A stretch of DNA of 64,000 nt from Felis catus (taxonomy: Eukaryota): assembly GCF_018350175.1 (NCBI RefSeq), contig NC_058368.1, forward strand, positions 63,614,001 to 63,678,000. The letters run 5' to 3'. Shown piece after piece: positions 1-13,417 of the stretch. The translations under genes and the position numbers were made by a program. Under the pieces are notes generated by a model. It ran no database searches and had not been told where the DNA came from. It worked only from the letters and a program-made list of their open reading frames with translations. Numbering within the stretch: the stretch's first letter is position 1; each line of letters opens with the position of its first letter.

Positions 1-1370
1 GTTTCACACTCAAGTAGCAGGCTGTGTATATATGCTAACAATATATAGGCCTTCTGTCTCCTGAGCTGGTTAACGTGTTGCAGAACGTTGACTTCTAATT
101 CATGACTCAAGTGTGAGAAAGCATTCTGTTTAGCATACCTTTCTCTGCTTTATAGACATAGAATATATACATCCATATTAGAAATGCTTGTTTTTGGTTA
201 TAAAAGTAAAGATTTAAGTGTGTGATTTTGTGTAAATATTGATAAACTATGGCTAGAAACACAGCTCTGAGTGTATCATCTGTTGAAGGATCAACGATGC
301 CATTTATATATATGGGAGACAGCATTACTGTTCTACCTGTGAATATTATGTTGACCCTATTTGTCTAAATTTGTAGATTGCCAAATGTTACTTATTTTAT
401 ATTGAATCTAGAACCAAAAAAAACCCCCTCATAATAGCCAAAATAATACTCTTGTGATAGCCAAAATACTTAATACTCTTCTGAAAAAAATTTTGTTTTT
501 ATATTTAAATGAATAATATCAATATATACTTTTATAGGACAGTGCCTGTATTCCATAAAATGGATGAATCTATAAGTTCCAGCGATACATTATTATGAGG
601 AATATTTGTAAAAAGGTACAGTAATAACAAATGCCATTTTAAAAGGTTTATTGAACCAGTTTTTAATGTCCTCAGTGATATGCTTATCCTGAATCTATAT
701 TTAAAACTATCTCATTAATTTTAAGCCGTGAAAGTGCCTTCTTAGGTTTCTTAGAAAATATTTATGTGCAGGTAAGGGGAAAAGGGAGGAGACTAATGCT
801 TTATTGAAGATCTTTTGTTCCAGACACTGTGCTAGTTGTGTACAACACCCTGGGACACGAGGCAAAGGTGGTCGTTATCCTGTTGGGACTTGAAGTCTCT
901 GGAGAAAGAAAGAAATAAAATATAATCAATTAAATGCACAAAAGCGAATGTTTGGGTAAGCACCAGGGTGCAGGCCAATACAAGGGACTGTTAGCGCTTC
1001 AGTCATCAACAGGAAATGGACAGGAATGGACAGCAAAACTGTTAAGTCTTAGCACAACAGCTTTCAGTGTGTTTAAATGACCTTGTAACTATTTATCAGG
1101 AATAGGACCCCATATGCAATGTGATTGTTCCTGTAGTCACTGTCTAATTAGAGTCAAGAAAACAACCAAAATGGTAGCCCAGATGATTACAGATCTTAGG
1201 AAAATACAGACTTTCTGGAATGTGGCCACTTTCCCCAACAGAACTAATCTGTCCCTTCCTGAAAGCAAGATGTGGTGCCATCATCTTTTCCTTTTCCCCT
1301 CCCCCACCTCCTGTCTTTCTACCTCATTGACAACTCCTTCTCTGTGAAGGTTCTTTTGAAACGCTTCTTT

Positions 1371-1749
1371 CGGATTTTCCATGTATAATATCATATCATC
1401 TGCAAAAAGTGAAAGCTTAACTTCATCTTTGCCAATTTTGATGCCTTTGATTTCCTTTTGTTGTCTGATTGCTGATGCTAGAACTTCCAACACTATGTTA
1501 AACAACAGCGGTGAAAGTGGACATCCCTGTCGTGTTCCTGATCTCAGGGAAAAAGTTCTCAGTTTTTCCCCATTGAGGATGATGTTAGCTGTGGGCTTTT
1601 CATAAATGGCTTTTATGATGTTTAAGTATGTTCCTTCTATCCCGACTTTCTCGAGGGTTTTTATTAAGAAACGTTGCTGAATTTTGTCAAATGCCTTTTC
1701 TGCATCGATTGACAGGATCATATGGTTCTTTTCTTTTATTAATGAGATG
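1371..1749 (-). mobile_element. L1 (young felid LINE-1) ORF2 RT segment, inverted 5' part of a twin-primed insertion
   Basis: Minus-strand translation [18 protein letters not shown]...[21 protein letters not shown]...[14 protein letters not shown] contains the L1 RT motifs, including FADD. Confidence 0.95.
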
Positions 1750-3642
1750 CTAGAACTGATACATGAATTTAGCAAAGTTGCAGCATACAAAATCAATGTA
1801 CAGAAATCAGTTGCATTCTTATACACTAATAATGAAGCAACAGAAAGACAAATAAAGAAACTGATCCTATTCACAATTGCACCAAGAAGCATAAAATACC
1901 TAGGGATAAATCTAACCAAAGATGTAAAAGATCTGTATGCTGAAAACTATAGAGAGCTTATGAAGGAAATTGAAGAAGATATAAAGAAATGGAAAAACAT
2001 TCCGTGCTCATGGATTGGAAGAATAAATATTGTCAAAATGTCAATACTACCCAAAGCTATCTACACATTCAATGCAATCCCAATCAAAATTGCAGCAGCA
2101 TTCTTCTCGAAGCTAGAACAAGCAATCCTAAAATTCATATGGAACCACAAAAGGCCCTGAATAGCCAAAGTAATTTTGAAGAAGACCAAAGCAGGAGGCA
2201 TCACAATCCCAGACTTTAGCCTCTACTACAAAGCTGTCATCATCAAGACAGCATGGTATTGGCACAAAAACAGACACATAGACCAATGGAATAGAATAGA
2301 AACCGCAGAACTAGACCCACAAAAGTATGGCCAACTAATCTTTGACAAAGCAGGAAAGAACATCCAATGGAAAAAAGACAGTGTCTTTAACAAATGGTGC
2401 TGGGAGAACTGGACAGCAACATGCAGAAGGATGAAACTAGACCACTTTCTCACACCATTCACAAAAATAAACTCAAAATGGATAAAGGACCTGAAGGTGA
2501 GACAGGAAACCATCAAAACCCTGGAGGAGAAAGCAGGAAAAGACCTCTCTGATCTCAGTCGTAGCAATTTCTTACTTGACACATCCCCAAAAGCAAGGGA
2601 ATTAAAAGCAAAAATGAACTACTGGGACCTCATGAAGATAAAAAGCTTCTGCACAGCAAAGGAAACAATCAACAAAACTAAAAGGCAACCAACGGAATGG
2701 GAAAAGATATTTGCAAATGATATATTGGACAAAGGGCTAGTATCCAAAATCTATAAAGAGCTCACCAAACTCCACACCCGAAAAACAAATAACCCAGTGA
2801 AGAAATGGGCAGAAAACATGAATAGACACTTCTCTAAAGAAGACACCCGGATGGCACATGAAAAGATGTTCAACGTCACTCCTCATCAGGGAAATACAAA
2901 TCAAAACCACACTCAGATATCACCTCATGCCAGTCAGAGTGGCCAAAATGAACAAATCAGGAGACTATATAGATGCTGGAGAGGATGTGGAGAAACGGGA
3001 ACCCTCTTGCACTGTTGGTGGGAATGCAAACAGGTGCAGCTGCTCTGGAAAACAGTGTGGAGGTTCCTCAAAAAATTAAAAATAGACCTACCCTATGACC
3101 CAGCAGTAGCACTGCGAGGAATTTACCCAAGGGATACAGGAGTACTGATGCATAGGGGCACTTGTACCCCAATGTTTATAGCAGCACTCTCAACAATAGC
3201 CAAATTGTGGAAAGAGCCTAAATGTCCATCAACTGATGAATGGATAAAGAAATTGTGGTTTATATACACAATGAAGTACTACGTGGCAATGAGAAAGAAT
3301 GAAATATGGCCCTGTGTAGCAACGTGGATGGAACTGGAGAGTGTTATGCTAAGTGAAATAAACCATACAGAGAAAGATAGATACCATATGTTTTCACTCT
3401 TATGTGGATCCTGAGAAACTTAACAGGAACCCATGAGGGAGGGGAAGGAAAAAAAAAAGAGGTTAGAGTGGGAGAGAGCCAAAGCATAAGAGACTCTTAA
3501 AAACTGAGAACAAACTGAGGATTGATGGGGGGTGGGAGGGAGGGGAGGGTGGGTGATGGGTATTGAGGAGGGCACCTTTTGGGATGAGCACTGGGTGTTG
3601 TATGGAAACCAATTTGACAATATATTTCATATATTGGGAAAA
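1748..3642 (+). mobile_element. L1 ORF2 C-terminal half plus 3'UTR and short A tail; disabled
   Basis: [20 protein letters not shown]...HCWWECK...[11 protein letters not shown]. Premature TGA at 2158-2160 and frameshifts near 2177 and 2850-2960. G-rich 3'UTR. Shared target duplication cgcttcttt at 1362-1370 and 3647-3655. Confidence 0.95.
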
Positions 3643-3677
3643 AAACCGCTTCTTTATCGCCAACATTTGTCTTCGGC

Positions 3678-3920
3678 CAGTGCTTCTCACCCAGAGACCA
3701 TTGATTATGCCCAAGGGGTATGTTTAGCAATGTCTGGGGTCACAACTGGGGAGGGTGCCTCTGACATCAAGTGGGTGGAATTCAGAAATGCTCCTATCCT
3801 ACCACACACAGGGCAGCTCTCTCACAAAGAAAACAAAGCAAAACAGAAGAACCCCCAAAAGCAAAAAAAAAAAAAACTCCCCAACAACCCCAATGGTCTG
3901 GCCTAAGGATGAGAAACGTT
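3678..3920. mobile_element. MER20-like hAT DNA transposon relic, interrupted by an A/C-rich stretch
   Basis: cagtgcttctca... terminus and gcaatgtctgg...cacaactggggagggtgc..tgacatc.agtgggt motifs. Confidence 0.55.
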
Positions 3921-4429
3921 CTAAATTTAATAAATGAAACTCTTCCCTTAGTTGGTCTCATTGAAACCCTCATTATTTAGTACCATTTGTGTGTCAAACT
4001 CCCAAACTTACAGTTTCAGTGTGGATCTCTTGCCAGGGCTCCTTGCAAACCTGCACACCCTGCGCATTCTCCGTTTCTATGACCAGTACCACGGATGCAT
4101 CCAGGCCCAAATACTAAGGCTTATCTGTAATTCCTGTTTCTTTCTCACCTGTCAGATCCCACCCAAGACATCCAAGTTATCTTCCGCCTCCAATGTATGT
4201 CTGATCTAACCACTTCTCATTACTTCTACCCAATCTTAACTCTCCTCTGCAATACAGAAATACTTATGGTCAAAATAACAATTAGGTGCACTTGTAAGAA
4301 CAAAATCAAATCATGTTCCCCCCCTACTTCCTTTCTTCATTGTGAAAATCCCTCCTAAGTGTGATCTAGAAGGCATTGTGTGAACCTACCTCATCTCCTA
4401 TCTTTCTCCCCTTTGTTCACATACAGGGC

Positions 4430-5690
4430 TTCTTTCCTTTTCTTTTTATATTTGGCTTTCAGTAGTTTGACTATAATGTGCTTAGGCATGATTTTCTTTG
4501 TATTTATTTTGCTTGGGGTTCAGTGAGCTTTTAAGATCTCTTGATTTGTGGTTCTTACCAATTTGGGAAATTTAAAGTTATTATTTCATGGAACATTTTA
4601 TCTTTTTGCCTTCTGGGACTCTAATCTTATATGTTACATTTTCTGATACTCTCCCACAGCTCTCTGAGGCACTATTTATGTCTGTTTATCTCTCTGTATT
4701 TTCAAGTTTTAGCTCTTCTTCACATTGGATACTTTCTATTGGTCTCTTAATGTCCTCTGACTCTCCTCTGTCATCTCTATTTAGCTATCAAGCCCACCCA
4801 GTGAAATTTTTATTTCATATGTTGTATTTTTCAGTTACAGAATTTGCATTTTGTTTTTCTTTGCAGTTTCTTTTTCTCTGTTAAGATTTCTTATTCTATA
4901 ATTTTCAGTGCACATGTTCCTTTTACTTCATTGAACAGAGTTATAATAGCTCTTTAGAGCCCTTCCCTGTTTATTCTAACATCTGGATCATCTCATGTTG
5001 GTCTGAATTATTGCCTTATCTCTTGACAATGGGTCGCCGTAATACAGATTCTTCATATGTCCAGTTATTTTAGATTGTCCCCTGGACACTGTGAATGTTA
5101 CGCTATTGGTATCTCTGGATTCTATGATACTCCTCCAAAGGGTGTTAATGTCTTTGTCTTCAGAGAAGATTACTCTGGTTGGACTCAAACTGTCAGTTGT
5201 ATCTCTTGGGAAACTATTGCAATTTTAATTTAGTTCCTTTTCTTTATCTTGCCAGTAGCTGGATTACTTACAGTCTGCCTTGGCCACGTGAGGTGTAGTG
5301 TCGGGATTAGCCAGAGATTTGGGCAGAGTGTGCATAGAGCAATTGGGGTTCCTTCTCTCTGGCCCACTCCTTCCTGGTGTTTCTCCCTTCCTCACTGTTT
5401 CTACCAACAGTGATTTCCTCGATATCTATCATCTTGTGCTTAATTCCTAAAAAGACTGAGTTTTTTTTTTAAATTGGTAGTCACTTTATAGATGGGATGC
5501 CCTCAGACTAAAAGCCACAGAGATAGGAAACTAACCCTATGGCGTTTCCCTTCTTCTAAATATTGACTCCTTTCCAGAATCTTTCTTCTTTTGTTCACTC
5601 TCCAGAGCTTTCAGGTCATTGGTTGTTGTATTTTGTCCGGAGTTAATGGCTGTTCTCCATTGGTAGCACTGCCACACTGCAGTGGAATCT
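4430..5690 (-). mobile_element. Ancient L1M-type fragment (ORF1/5' region)
   Basis: T-rich, with cagtagtttgactataatgtg...ttttctttgtatttattttgcttggggttcagtgagctt, typical of antisense L1M ORF1. Confidence 0.55.
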
Positions 5691-6809
5691 TTCTTATTGT
5701 TTCTTGGACATAAAAGTTATTACCACAGAGCAGGAAACTGGAACAGGCACTAAACAGGTGTTATTTGACCCTCCATTTAATAGCAAGTCCTTTTGAAGTT
5801 CTGGAATAATGCATAAAAGAGAGTGGCATGTTTAGCCTGCTGTAACCCTGTGCACTATTATTGCTGTTGTATTGGCTGGATCTTGTTATATGGCAGGTGA
5901 CAGAAGAGGCTGTGGTAGATCCAGGCTTGACTCCGAGCCGGGAAGTGACTGTGGCATCTGCAAGCCCTGCGTCCTTGCGCCATTAAATTCAGTTCCAGCC
6001 GAAGCAAGAAAGCTTTGCTTTCCTAGATGCCTCGGCAAATATCTTTTTGCATTTCTTTCTTGTGACTGGCTGTCTATTTCTGAATCAATCACTGTGCTGA
6101 CAGGATAGGATGCTATGTTTTAACCAGTCTAGACTCATCATTATATATGTGTAGATATGTGTCTATGTGTATCAGTCTCATTTGGATAGCATGTATGTGA
6201 GTGAGCAAGAGGTTGAACTGAGAAGAAATTTCCAGGAGAGGGAACAGATGCTGGCCAGTGTTCAGCAGATCCAATGCCATTGTCATGATTCTTGCTGGAT
6301 TCATGGACTTAAGTATTTTTTATTCTAGCTGGGTGAAGGAATACATTTGACTCAGTCAGAACCCTATCACCATATAACATTTTACAAACTCCTATCACTT
6401 TCTGAATTTACGGCAAGAAGACAATCTCAGAAAAGATAGGAGGAGCAAGTTTACCAGTGTACTCCTCCTACTCTCAATTCCAAGGTCCTGTTTTCGTGTG
6501 GTGAGCATTTGGTATTTTATGACATATAATATCCACTCTGGTGATCCTGAAATATATCTTGATCTCAGGGTCTTGGTACCAAGGGCTCTTTTCTATGTAA
6601 GCTATCAATAAAGCTGGTGTGTGCTACAAGTATAAAAATCCTGTAAGTTGACTGGGGAAGAGTAAATGTTTGAAACAAAAAGAGAACGTATGTAATCAAC
6701 AAGCAGTTCTATTCTAAAACTATTTTTTTATTACAAAATAAAGCACAGATATAGAAAACCCTTGGGTTTAAGCATATTTGATTAATTGTAGCTCATTACA
6801 ATTATTATT

Positions 6810-6840
6810 TTTCTATTAAAATAATTTTTTAATCTTTATT

Positions 6841-6876
<36 letters not shown>

Positions 6877-7042
6877 TGTGAGCAGGGAGGAACAGAGAGA
6901 GAGGGAGACACAGAATTCAAATCAGGCTCCCGGCTCCAAGCTGTCAGCACAGAGCCCGATGCAGGGCTCAAACTCATGAACCGTGAGAGCGTGACCTGAG
7001 CTGAAGTTGGACGCCCAACAGACTGAGCGACCCAGGCACCCT
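6810..7042 (-). mobile_element. Can-SINE
   Basis: Antisense tRNA-derived head, (GA)n tract and T tail. TSD tcattacaattattatt at 6793-6809 and 7043-7059. Confidence 0.92.
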
Positions 7043-7117
7043 TCATTACAATTATTATTATTGAGGTTCAGGTTGTTCCAGGTTTAACCAGTAGAAACCT
7101 TTTGAAATTGGCTGCTC

Positions 7118-7506
7118 TGTTAGACTAAATTATTTCCTCCCAGCCCCCCCCCCCTTCAAATTCATAAGTTGAAGCCCTAGCACCACCCAATATGGCTCTA
7201 TTTAGAGATACGGCCTTTAAGGAAGGAAGGAAGGTTAAATGAGGTCATGAGGATGGGTCCTATCTGATATGAATTGTGTCCTTATAAGAAGAGAGAAAGG
7301 TACCAGGGGTACAAATGCACAAAGAGAAGGTCATGCAAAGACATAGGGAGAAGGTGGCTATATGCAAGACAAGGAGATCTCAGGAGATACCTAGCTTGTC
7401 AGCACCTTGATCTTGGACTTCCAGTCTTCAGAACTGTGAGCAAATAGATTTCTGTTGTTTAACTGACCAGTCTGTTGTATTTTATGACAGCCCTAGTGCC
7501 CTAACC
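7118..7506 (+). mobile_element. MLT1 (ERVL-MaLR) solo LTR
   Basis: Motifs aaattcataagttgaagccct, gtccttataagaagag and caccttgatcttggacttccagtcttcagaactgtgag...tttctgttgttt. Confidence 0.8.
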
Positions 7507-10074
7507 TAGCTCCTGAATCCTTTTGATGAGACTCCGCTAATTATTTCGTAGCTTCTTCACTATGTGGTGGACAGGGTGCTTTGGCTAGTTTGTCATCTTG
7601 TTTTTGCCTGCTCTTGACCTAGGATGAGGCATTTCTTTTAAGAAGCACTGATTTCTTCTTGTGAAAAGTAGTATTTCAAGATGATAATCTGGGCACAAGG
7701 GATGCCCTTTGCCACTCAGTTGGTCATTGTTTCTAGGCCTTTTCAGGGAAGCTAGGAAATATGTACTTTCAGAGGTAAAGTTTTTCATGATTTCATGTTG
7801 ATACTTCAATTCAAATTCAAGATTACAGACTTTTACTTCTTCTTTATGCCTCCACACTAAAAAAAAAAATCTCAATTTTGAAAATACAGGGTAGAATTAG
7901 ACAGTAGAATTTGAATATTCCCTAATTATTTGTTTTATCTGTGCCCTTCACAGTTGTAGCGTAACATGAAATGTAGTTTTTAGCATTTTTCCTGTTTTTT
8001 TCTTTGGGAACTGATATTATGAGAGTGTATGTTATTTCTGTCTTTCAAATCTATCCATTCATTTTGATTTTTGAAAATTTCTTATTTTTCATTTTCTTTC
8101 CCGTAGGGCATTACCTTTGTGTGACTGGCTCCTGTGTTCCTTCTGGTTTAGTCTTCATTTCAGAACTTGTTCTTTCATCTTTTGTTCTGTACCGAGTATG
8201 GGCACTGCATCTGTCAGGTTTTCTGATACTGCTTTGTGTTATTCTTCCATGTTTTCTTTCATTATCTTTTATCTTTTGTTTTTCTTTTTAGGGGCATATC
8301 TTTCTAGCATGCTTTCTTTGTCTGTGGGCGATTTTTCTGTTCCTTACTCTTTTTTATCATAACAACTCTGTGTGAGATTTGACTGCAGTATTTTTTGTTG
8401 CTCATTCTATAGGAAGGGAGTATTGTTTTCCTGGACATTTAGGTTGAGGCTGGCTTCAGAAAAGCTTTTCTAGCTTTACAGAACTTCTTCCGTTTCTGTG
8501 TAGCATTTAAAATTATGGGTGCTTCTTTTCTGAAATTCCTTGGCTTTAATTCCATTCTCACATTGGTCTAGACCTTCTTTATCTGTGCTTCTTGGATCCC
8601 TATTCTGTTAAATTTTGATTCCACTTCCAGAACTTTTTCTGTGTGGAGTTCTATCCTGGAAAAGAGGCTGCTTGATCTGTTTTAACAGTTCACAAGTTCG
8701 GATAGCTCCTGATCATTCACTCCCTTCTATCGTAGGTCGTTTGCACATACCCGGTAATCGAGAGGGCAAAAGCGTCCCTGTTTCTGCTGCTGTTTTCAAA
8801 TTGGCCGACTGTACTTTCTGGCAAATTCTGTTGGCTGTTTGGGGGTTGTCCTGTCCTCAGTGCTTCTCCCCACTGCCCAGACTCTGATAATGGGAAAATC
8901 TGTGGCTGTTGCTGATTTCCACCCCCTAGCCCCCCGTTTACATTTTGAAATTGTGGGAATTCTCTATCATCTAGTTTTGTTATATTTCTTGGATTTATTT
9001 TCTAGTTGTTCCATCTGGTTTATGTGGGGATTTGGAGATAGTGAAAACTATGCCTTCACGGCTACCATCTTCCCAGGATGACTCCCAGTGCTCCTATTTT
9101 AACACATTTGAAAAAACCATCCAGAAGCAGGGAGATGGCTCTAACAGTTTCTCATGCAGGAAAACAGAAAGGAAGTCATAGTCACCAATCCTGCTGCTTC
9201 TGGGTGACAGATCAGGAAAAGCCCCTGAAATTCTGGTTGACTATCCTTCAGCAAGGAGCCTGCTGTTTTATTTTTAATTTCATTTGCTTTTAGTAATTTA
9301 ATTCTTGCAGAGCTTGATTTTGCCATTCGGAAACATGACTGCTGCCTCTGAGCCTTGACTGTGCTCTCTTGCTGTTTCATAGCATCCTCAGTTATGCCAT
9401 GTTCTTTGAAACCAGGCTTTGAAATATGCTAAAAATGAGTCTTGGTACCTACATGGTATCTGCTTGGGTTCCGTCTGGCTTTGCTTTCTTATAATGTTTG
9501 TTCTGTTTACAGTGGGAGAACCGCAGCCTCCCATGTTGGGCGTTTTATCAACATACAGCTTATTATGACCTCTGGGCTTATACTGTGAGCAAAATGTAAG
9601 GTATGGTCCTTCCCCTGAGGGTGTTTGGTTCATCTCCTCTGTCTTTTGGGCTGATACAGGAAGCATGGGAACTAGTTTCTTGTGGACTCTTTCCCCCTCC
9701 ACCGCCACCCCAACTCTGGATACTGAGGAAAATGTTGTGCTGGTTAAACATAACTAGATCTTTGAATTATAGTCCTGCTTTGCATTGGAGTTTAGTGTTA
9801 TGTTGTTGTCATTATCATCCACCAAGATTCTGAATGAAAGTCTGGATTAATCAGTGCAGATGCTCATCAGCGTGAAGAATGTATTTGCTCTTAAGTGTTC
9901 TAAATTGCTGTCCATGCTTATTCAGAGCTGTGAGATAGGAGATAGTCTCTCTCCCTTGTTATGTTTAGGACAACAGTCAAGGCCATTTGCAGTACCTTTC
10001 TAACTGTACTTTCCACCATTTAAAATTGGGCGAAAACGCAAATGGCATCTTTATAACTTCATATTTTAGATGAC

Positions 10075-10093
10075 TTTTTTAATGCTCATTTAT

Positions 10094-10141
<48 letters not shown>

Positions 10142-10306
10142 TGAGAATGCGAGCAGGGGATGGGCAGAGAGAAAAAAAGAGAGAGAGAGAGAGAGAATCC
10201 AAAGATGTGGGGCTGGATGTGGTGCTCAATCCCACAACCCTGAGATCATGACCTGAGCTGAAATCCAGAGTTGCACACCTAATTGACTGAGCCACCTAGG
10301 CTCCCC
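10075..10306 (-). mobile_element. Can-SINE with long (GA)n
   Basis: gagatcatgacctgagctgaa...gactgagccacctaggctcccc. Confidence 0.9.
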
Positions 10307-10464
10307 AAGCCTATTTTGTTTTTTGAATAAAATTCCTTGGATGGTTCCTGACCTAAAATTTGGTAACTTACCAAACAGATGACTTCTTTCAAGAAGAAGA
10401 ATCAAAAATGGCCAGTCGTATCTGTAGACAAACCATTTATAGATTTAAGGCTACAGCTTTCCTC

Positions 10465-10670
10465 TCAGTAGAGTGATGGTGAAGAAGATACTTTGGGAAT
10501 CAGTCTGCCTGTTTTCGATCACCAGCTCCACCATTTTGTAGTGTGTGACATAGGTATGTGATATCGGGCAGTTTTCAAATCCTCTTCATGTCTCCATTTC
10601 CTCATATGTAAAATGTGGTAGTAATGGTCTCTACATCATATGGTTAATGTGAGGATTCAATAAGATGATG
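10465..10670 (+). mobile_element. MIR relic
   Basis: MIR core tttcctcatatgtaaaatg...gtaat...ctacatcatatggtt..tgtgaggatt.aataagat. Confidence 0.65.
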
Positions 10671-10699
10671 TTTATTCCCATTAGATCCTCAACTATAGG

Positions 10700-11260
10700 T
10701 TTGGTGAATAAAAATGGAGTCTCTATGCTTTTTTAGGCGCTGTACTGGTCAACTGGGATATAACAATGAGCAAAAATTCCCTCATGTGGAGCTTTACAGT
10801 TACATGAAGGAATTAATTAGTCATCACATGAAGGAATATAACATTGCACCATGATAAGTGCAATGGAGAGGAATGGTGCACTTCAAGAGCATATAATAAA
10901 GACAAGAGCTGTCTGGGAGGCTAAGGAAGGTTCTCGCGGGAAGGCTGAGTTCACATGTAAAGAAAAATAGATGGCAATGAATTAGGAGGAGGTGTGTGTT
11001 TTCCATATGTGTGGGTGAGCACATGTAGGATGAGAGCATCCCTTCCAGAGAGCCGAGCATGGAGAAAGTGGCCCTGAGGCAAGAGGGCACTTGGTGAACA
11101 TGAAGGGCTGAAGTAGGCCCATGTGTGAAGGGAAGGGTACAGTGGGCAGCGTTACTTGAGATGAGGCTGGAGTGAGAGGGAGGTTGGAGTGGTCACAACT
11201 TGGTGCCTTCATAAGCTATGTTTAAGAACGTGGTCTAGCAAAGGACCTTGGTGTTTGAAT
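10700..11260 (-). mobile_element. L2 relic
   Basis: Purine-rich antisense L2 3' motifs (ctgggatataacaatgagcaaaa..ccctcatg.ggagctt.acagt; gatgaggctggag). Confidence 0.55.
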
Positions 11261-11612
11261 TCTGAAGAGACATTTGCAAAGATCTATTATTGTTGTTGTT
11301 ATTGTTGTTACTATTGTTATTCCCTAGCAGTCCTTACCATACTAAATATGTTTATATACTTTCATGCTTATTTATTTGTTCTTTCCTCCAATCTCTATTC
11401 TTCTCTGAACTCTTAATTCCCTAGTCCTTCCATTTAGGAATGAAGCTGGGAAGACAGCTTTTTCTTTCAATCAGTCTTAAAGTAGAATTTGCTTTTGTAT
11501 ACTTTTAGCCAAGAAAAATGAAAAACAGTTGTCAAAATATTACCTGCTGTGACACACATCAATATTTTATGCTTTTTTGCCTTTGAGAAATGCTCAAATG
11601 TTGTCATTTTTT

Positions 11613-11822
11613 TTTTCAATGTTTTTTATTTATTTTTGGGACAGAGAGAGACAGAGCATGAACAGGGGAGGGGCAGAGAGAGAGGGAGACACAGAATCGG
11701 CAACAGGCTCCAGGCTCCGAGCCATCAGCCCAGAGCCTGACGCGGGGCTCGAACTCACGGACCGCGAGATCGTGACCTGGCTGAAGTCGGACGCTTAACC
11801 GACTGCGCCACCCAGGCGCCCC
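11613..11822 (-). mobile_element. Young felid SINEC_Fc-type Can-SINE
   Basis: CpG-rich and near-identical to other young copies in the window. TSD aaatgttgtcatttttt at 11596-11612 and 11823-11839. Confidence 0.95.
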
Positions 11823-12811
11823 AAATGTTGTCATTTTTTATTTGTCTAACGTAAACAAACTAAAGCCAAAATTATTACAAATTTTGGTGTCCCGTATTGG
11901 CCGATTTCACATGTTTTGATCTTACCCAGAACCAACTTTTGGAGATGTGAGGCCTGAGGTCTACTCTGTGTGAAAAAGGAGGGGTTTGACAGTGTCTGTA
12001 TGGCATGCGTATGTGCACACATGGGTATTTTATATTTGCTGATGTAGAGTTGGTCACTGAAGAGCTGACATGTGTGCTGTGAAACTTCCCCGTCACCAAT
12101 AAGGCCACAGCTGTTTTTCCTACCCTAAGATAAGGAAATAATGTATTCTATTAGGCCATGAAAAGAAAACTCTGCTGAGCTTTACATAAAACCTGGCTAG
12201 CCTTGGGATGCTCTAGGGCCCAAACTGTGATGTCCCATCAGTGTTCTCCTCGATAGGCACTATCCATGCCCCTTTACCTCTTTGTTCTCTAGCACGTCTG
12301 CTGTGTATAAAGGTGCCTCCCCTGTCTTGTTACGTGTTTTGCCTATTATCATTGTACTGGTAAACTTGGCTATAAAAATACTTTTTTTTTTGTATTTGCA
12401 TATTATTCTGGTATAGAATGAGGTTTTAGCTCATCTGGGATAAGAGTTGTTAATTCTATTAGCATTTTTCTAACTACAACTATTACATATGTGCAATAAC
12501 TTCACATTCCATGTAATCTGAATCTTCCTGGAAGTTTTCTGAATACGGTTGTAAAACTAAATGTGCTTTTAATGGTAGGAATTGTCTGTAGTAAACTAGG
12601 GAATGAGTAGAAATTTGGATGGTGGGTTTGGACCATGGAGGATCTCAGTCCCCCATTATACTGTTATTGCTGATAACCACTTCTTGCATAAGAATCGCAA
12701 GTGTAATGCTGAGTTGAGAAATCAGGTGAAGTTTTTTTCACCTTTATTTGATGTACAAACTTTGATTTTATTTCCTCAGGAAATAAATAATTGTTTTAGC
12801 CCACGTCCTTC

Positions 12812-12999
12812 TTTTTTTTTTTTAATGTTTATTTTTATTGTTTATTTTTGAGAGAGAGAGAGAGAGCAAGCCGGGTTGGGGCAAAGAGAGAGAGACAGAG
12901 AATCCAAACCTGTGAACTGTGAGTTCAGACCCACAAACCATGAGATCGTGACCTGAGCCAAAATCAGACGCTTAACCAATTGAGCTACCTAGGCGCCTC
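12812..12999 (-). mobile_element. Can-SINE with internal deletion
   Basis: SINE head and tail present. Degenerate TSD tagcccacgtccttct / tagcccatacacttct. Confidence 0.85.
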
Positions 13000-13417
13000 T
13001 AGCCCATACACTTCTGATTAATGTATTTAGATCAAATACTTTTGGCTGAATTAACAAAATAAGCAAAAATAAAAGTTTCCTGATGTAGCTCTGTACTTAT
13101 ATGTAACAGTTAATTTGTTTCCTGTTATATAATGTATTTGTCAGGTAATAGTAATTAGTTAATTGAATAGACATATTTAATATTTGATCAAAATGTTAAT
13201 AAAATATTTGAGCAAAGAGTTAATAGTTTACAACATTTTGTTTCGTGGTTGGCTTCATGGACAATACATACATTTTTTTTTTAACAGCAACTGCTTTAGT
13301 AAATCAATTTCTCACATAGTACATGAGCCCCTTCTGATCATTAATGCCTGACATGTGACATGTAATGGTAATCAAATAAACAGGTGATTATTCTGAAAAA
13401 TATTACATCTGTTCCAG

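Noticed and set aside
1281..3414. Long ORFs (212, 158 and 412 aa) as a functional reverse transcriptase gene or novel RT system
   Set aside because: They are fragments of one 5'-truncated, inverted L1 ORF2 with a stop and frameshifts. There is no endonuclease, ORF1 or promoter.
6438..6473. Short hairpin taggaggag...ctcctccta
   Set aside because: A 9-bp stem of this kind is expected by chance in 64 kb and has no supporting context.
7990..9080. Possible ancient L1 5' region on the minus strand
   Set aside because: T-rich and suggestive, but too degenerate to assign by eye.
11549..11834. Recurrent short ORFs (e.g. FWDRERQSMNRGGAEREGDTESE) suggesting a peptide family
   Set aside because: These are translations of Can-SINE copies.
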